Shown here piece after piece: positions 60,253 to 64,000 of a DNA stretch of 64,000 nt (position 1 is the stretch's first letter; the number at the start of each line of letters is the position of its first letter). The stretch comes from Obrimoposthia wandeli. Its lineage: Eukaryota. The stretch lies in the NCBI GenBank assembly GCA_977020255.1, contig CDROCS010000998.1:1-64000 (forward strand), in the 5' to 3' direction. The notes beneath the pieces are model-generated. The model worked only from the letters and a program-made list of their open reading frames with translations. It searched no databases and was not told the DNA's origin. The position numbers were made by a program, and so were the translations under genes.

Positions 60253-60969
60253 CTATACAGCAAGGCTTCTGAGGCCATGGAATGGCTGGTCGCCCCAATC
60301 ATCCAAGGTGATCAGGTCGAGGTCGTTGGCTAATGCCAATGCCTCAATTTTGGTCAGGCCGATGGTGATGCGGCGCATCTCACCATTGGTACTCTGGCGG
60401 AGGTGATCAAGCAGTTCTGGCTCGGCTTTGATGCCTTCTTCAAGCAGGTAATCCGCCATAATTTGCACATCTTCCAGATCAGCAGGTTTGAACTCAACCC
60501 ACTCTGAAATGCGGTTATAGAATTGTTTGTGCGCGCTGATACGGCGAGCAATCTGATCCATTCCGATGAGGATTACTGGGGTTTCGGTGCCGTCGTAAAG
60601 GTCACGAATGGTGTCGAGCATACGGGTGTCATTCATCAGGTAATCCGCTTCATCAATGAACAGCGGGCGCTCGTACATGCTCATTTGCTCGATAATGTAA
60701 TCGACATTTTTGCTGATGCGATGTTTCGGCTGTGCGCCAAGCTCTTCAACGATGCGGCTGGTCAGGCTTGAGGTGGTGTCGTGCGCACGGGCACTGACAT
60801 AAATGCCATTGACTTGGTTGTAGAGGTAGGTTGTGGTGGTCGTTTTACCAAACCCCGATGGCCCGTGAACTAACGCCATTCCTGGCACACCAAGGGCGCG
60901 CTGGAATAAGGTGCTGAATGCAATTTGGGTTGCAGATACATTTTTAACTGGTGCAACAACTGGTTTCAT
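60253..60969 (-). CDS. MuB-like transposition AAA ATPase
   Basis: GPSGFGKT (Walker A), LFIDEAD (Walker B), directly after the transposase. Confidence 0.9.
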   Translation of the reverse strand: MKPVVAPVKNVSATQIAFSTLFQRALGVPGMALVHGPSGFGKTTTTTYLYNQVNGIYVSARAHDTTSSLTSRIVEELGAQPKHRISKNVDYIIEQMSMYERPLFIDEADYLMNDTRMLDTIRDLYDGTETPVILIGMDQIARRISAHKQFYNRISEWVEFKPADLEDVQIMADYLLEEGIKAEPELLDHLRQSTNGEMRRITIGLTKIEALALANDLDLITLDDWGDQPFHGLRSLAV

Positions 60970-61023
60970 TGTTATGATCCTTTTGGGTTGAGTTTCTGAT
61001 AAGTTACTTTGCTCTATGGCACG

Positions 61024-63252
61024 TTATGCTTGGCGGCGACGTGCCATAATTTCCTGAATTGTTCGTTTCCCTATTTGATTTTTCTTCTGGTAATCCTCCA
61101 AAAACGCTTTCTCTTTTTCTGTTAAATCGCGCACCAGTGATTGCTCGGCTAGGTAGCGGGCTTTGTCGTGGATATTTCGATGCAGATGATTTTTCTGCTG
61201 ACTAAGCTGTGTTTCTTTCTCTTCTAGCTGTTTTCTTGCCTGCTCCAGATGCTGCAGCTCTGCCTCGCTGTAAGCCGGAACTTCTTTGGCTTTGGCTGCT
61301 TTGGTCAGACTATGCAGAGCAGGATTGTGGGTGATTTCCGATGGCTGCTTGAATGCCGATAATGTATTTCTGGCTTTGTCTGCTGCTAACGATTCAGCAT
61401 ATTGGGTATCGATTCCGAACTCGTTTTGCAGCTTCTTGGCACTACGGCGGAACTCACCTAATACTTTGCTCTGCTGTTTGCGCTGCTCTCGGAAGGTTGT
61501 CGGGTCAATAGAACGGCCAACCAAATCGATGTTCACGGCTTCTATAAAGCGGTCCCAGTTTTCAATCGGATATAACGTGGCACGTCCGACATCGTTGGGA
61601 TCAAGGAACACTCGTACTCGCTTGCGATCCCAATCTGGATTCATTAACTCTGGCGCGGTGTATTTGATGCTACTCGCAGAGACACGCCCTCGGATCACGG
61701 TTGCATCACCGATGTAGTTAAGCAGGTAATCTAGACTGTGTTCATCGGCGACGAGACATGGTCGATAACCGGATTCTGTGTAGACTTGGAACGGCGTTTT
61801 CCCATTAAGTCCTTCACGCGCGGTGTGGTTATAGCGGTGCTCTAGCCAATCATTCATCACTTCTTCAAGCTCATCGGGTGTTAACGCTAATTCCAGTGCT
61901 TCTTGCTGGGCCTTCTTTTTTCCATCACCAATTCGCTGGGCAAACGCTTTGGCCGCTTCAATTTTCTGGCGGTCTGAGACTGAGTGACCTATATAACCGG
62001 GTAGCAACTCGAAGAGTCCTTGGCTCAGAGTGCGAAAGAAGCGCTCTATGTAGGGTTTCTCCCAACCAGAAAACGGATTTGCTCTAGATTGGTCGATACC
62101 AAGCATGTCGAATATGGCGGTAACGCGTTTGGAAACGTAATCAGACCCGTTATCGGTTCGGGCGATGCCGCCTTCGTTGGGTACACCCCAATCCATTAGG
62201 CATTTGCGGAGGAGTAGGCAGATCCCTTCTGAGCTGGAGGTGGGCGATAGCAGTAATTTGACCCGACGGGTATAGACATCAATGGCTGCAATAATGCTGT
62301 AGCGAACCAATTTGCCGTTAACCCGCAACTGTACATCGGTTGGAGTGCTATCAAACTCCCAACAGTCGTTCGGGGCTTGCACCCATGGGTACATTTTCCC
62401 GAATAAAGGTCGGTGCTTGTTGTTATAGGCATCAGGGTTAGTGAGGTAGGTAAATTTAGCGCCATTATCTGCCATCCATTTATTAACCCAGCGACCAATT
62501 GATGAAGAGCTCGGTATATCCCAATGCGGGTAACTTTCGAGTTTTTCTTCAATCATTCGATGCAGCACATGTGGACGCTGCGCCATATGTGGTTTACCTG
62601 TTATTACAGCCAACAGATAATTTTGAAGATCGGGCTGTTGCTCAATTTTCCCCTGCCGTTTATTGGCGGAATAATTCCCTGCCAGTCGTGTCATGCCTGA
62701 TTCATCAAGTAATTCAGCCCAGCGACGACAGGTGCGCCAACTGATCTGCTTAATCGCGTTATAGACCCAGCTGTCGATACCGAGTTTTTTCTGGTTGTAC
62801 TCCTCTACGAACTGACGCTCACCAACAGTCAGACTGTTCACGTCGATGTATGGTTGTAGGTACAATTCGCGGGCTTTTAATATCACCAGTTTGGCATTGG
62901 CTTTGGTTTGCTGTTCTCCTGTCAGGCTGTTAAATGCCATTAAGGATTGAGCTTTGCGCTTTTGCTTACCTTTCACGTCGAGCTTTTCATTAAGCGCGAT
63001 GCTTTTGACTGCCTGCTCTCCTTCAATGGCTGCGGTATCTGTTTGGCATAGCGTCTCAATTTCCTGCTTGGCTAAATAAGCACGGGTTTGATCTGGTAAG
63101 CTACTGATGTGATATTCAAATCCTTTTCCTTTTTGTTTTTTTCTCGATTTCCATTCTTCCCTTTCAGCCCGTCGTCTTACCGAAAAAGACGCATTCGGTA
63201 ACCCAGGGGATTCTGATAGTTCTGAGGCGGTGTACCATTCTTTACTCACCAT
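61024..63252 (-). CDS. MuA-like DDE transposase
   Basis: N-terminal Mu-type HTH (WYTASEL...GLP), WEFDST, TDNGSDY, KPYIERFF. Confidence 0.95.
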   Translation of the reverse strand: MVSKEWYTASELSESPGLPNASFSVRRRAEREEWKSRKKQKGKGFEYHISSLPDQTRAYLAKQEIETLCQTDTAAIEGEQAVKSIALNEKLDVKGKQKRKAQSLMAFNSLTGEQQTKANAKLVILKARELYLQPYIDVNSLTVGERQFVEEYNQKKLGIDSWVYNAIKQISWRTCRRWAELLDESGMTRLAGNYSANKRQGKIEQQPDLQNYLLAVITGKPHMAQRPHVLHRMIEEKLESYPHWDIPSSSSIGRWVNKWMADNGAKFTYLTNPDAYNNKHRPLFGKMYPWVQAPNDCWEFDSTPTDVQLRVNGKLVRYSIIAAIDVYTRRVKLLLSPTSSSEGICLLLRKCLMDWGVPNEGGIARTDNGSDYVSKRVTAIFDMLGIDQSRANPFSGWEKPYIERFFRTLSQGLFELLPGYIGHSVSDRQKIEAAKAFAQRIGDGKKKAQQEALELALTPDELEEVMNDWLEHRYNHTAREGLNGKTPFQVYTESGYRPCLVADEHSLDYLLNYIGDATVIRGRVSASSIKYTAPELMNPDWDRKRVRVFLDPNDVGRATLYPIENWDRFIEAVNIDLVGRSIDPTTFREQRKQQSKVLGEFRRSAKKLQNEFGIDTQYAESLAADKARNTLSAFKQPSEITHNPALHSLTKAAKAKEVPAYSEAELQHLEQARKQLEEKETQLSQQKNHLHRNIHDKARYLAEQSLVRDLTEKEKAFLEDYQKKNQIGKRTIQEIMARRRQA

Positions 63253-63469
63253 TAGCCTCCATTAACGAAATGGATAGCGTTTTGGATAAGTCCGTCATAA
63301 TGGCTTTTGATAAACGTCTTTTGGGAAGGCGTTTTTGATCTGGTGCGAAAGTGCTAATGCAATGCAGTACGGTTCGTGGGTTGTAACCGTGAGCTATCGC
63401 CCAGCTCCTTACCGTCCAAGCACTTGCCCTTAAAGCACCTTGTAGTTGATAAGCGGTTTCTATTTCCAT
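63242..63469 (-). CDS. Ner-like DNA-binding protein
   Basis: 75 aa, first gene of the early operon, divergent from the repressor. Confidence 0.6.
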   Translation of the reverse strand: MEIETAYQLQGALRASAWTVRSWAIAHGYNPRTVLHCISTFAPDQKRLPKRRLSKAIMTDLSKTLSISLMEANGE

Positions 63470-63508
63470 TTAGTCACCCCGTGGTAATATAATGATTGCG
63501 AGTAAGTT

Positions 63509-63628
63509 TCTTATTGCGACAATAAGACGATATTGCAAACTATAAGACGCATCAAGAACAATAAGACTCTATTTTATAAATTATAAAACCCCATCGCACT
63601 ATTGTATGAAACAGATGCAATATAAGAC
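63509..63628. promoter_or_regulatory. Operator region of the lysis/lysogeny switch
   Basis: Palindrome TCTTATTG-N3-CAATAAGA (63509-63527); ATAAGAC at 63522, 63542, 63561, 63622. Confidence 0.6.
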
Positions 63629-63701
63629 GCGACCATGTGTTTTTCTTAATTTCTTAGTCCTCATGAATAATGGATTAAACCACTGATTTTTAGGTCATTT
63701 A

Positions 63702-64000
63702 ATGAAAAAGCACGTTAAAGTAGAGAAAAGCACACTAGGTGCTTTTAATAAGGACGGAATCGCACATTTTTCAGCGCGTCTAAAAGAACTAATTGGGAAT
63801 GAATCTATTCGGAGCTTTGGGGAGAGTGTCGGGATTACAGATAGTGGTTTACGAAAATACCTTCCGCCAAATAGCTCCAAGCCTACTTTTGATAAGTTGG
63901 TGGCTATTGCCGATTACAAAGGTGTTCGACTTGAATGGCTGGCGACAGGGAATGGACCTAAGTTAACAGAGTCAACTTCTCACACAATTGAACATTTTCA
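63702..64000 (+). CDS. Phage repressor (XRE HTH), 3'-truncated by window end
   Basis: Manual translation MKKHVKVEK...FSARLKELIG..SIRSFGESVGITDSGLRKYL...V.LEWLATGNG. Confidence 0.85.
   Translation, partial: MKKHVKVEKSTLGAFNKDGIAHFSARLKELIGNESIRSFGESVGITDSGLRKYLPPNSSKPTFDKLVAIADYKGVRLEWLATGNGPKLTESTSHTIEHF

Larger units (their letters stand above)
22835..64000 (-). mobile_element. Mu-like transposable prophage (other end lies beyond the window)
   Basis: DDE transposase, AAA ATPase, Ner-like gene, repressor, GemA, Mor, Mu-type terminase/portal/G/I/T/gp36, sipho-type tail, TG-initiated end repeats. Confidence 0.95.

Noticed and set aside
8014-62744. Numerous short opposite-strand or alternate-frame ORFs in the track (e.g. 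8014-8283, 13538-13969, 23266-23592, 38497-38775, 49659-50015, 61286-61717)
   Set aside because: They lie wholly within well-supported genes, lack RBS or motifs, and are best explained as shadow ORFs.

Overview
The window has two parts. (1) 1-22.8 kb is Vibrionaceae-type host chromosome (host assignment inferred from gene content and a Vibrio-type attC repeat). It carries an aryl-polyene (APE)-type fatty-acid/PKS cluster (~1-16740), many of whose genes are broken by indels that look like long-read sequencing errors and are densest in the first ~7 kb. After it come an outer-membrane protein / C45 Ntn-hydrolase / LysR module and a NIT-domain chemoreceptor. (2) ~22835 to the window end is a Mu-like (transposable) prophage on the minus strand. 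It has a recognisable R end (R1-R2-inverted R3), a siphovirus-type tail, a Mu-type head/packaging/lysis block, Mor, GemA, MuB-like and MuA genes, a Ner-like gene and a divergent repressor running off the window. The prophage carries three AT-rich cargo sites. The largest (38.3-46.2 kb, between gene G and protease gene I) is two cassettes stacked in tandem and joined by a chimeric 'start of gene I / end of gene G' junction at a GCWGACT microhomology. It holds a membrane protein-ImmA/IrrE peptidase-beta protein operon facing a sce7726-type nuclease, a DUF2971 gene, a Septu-like ATPase+HNH pair, a degenerate Vibrio integron attC and a tRNA 3'-half att relic. The other two cargo sites are a metallophosphoesterase+HAD operon (52.3-54.8 kb) and a 347-aa orphan (55.7-56.7 kb). 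Non-coding signals read directly from the sequence include a complete type II hammerhead ribozyme in the early operon (57749-57826, minus), an A-AAA-AAC -1 frameshift in the tail chaperone and an internal scaffold start in gene I. Family calls come from motif recognition only; no searches were run.
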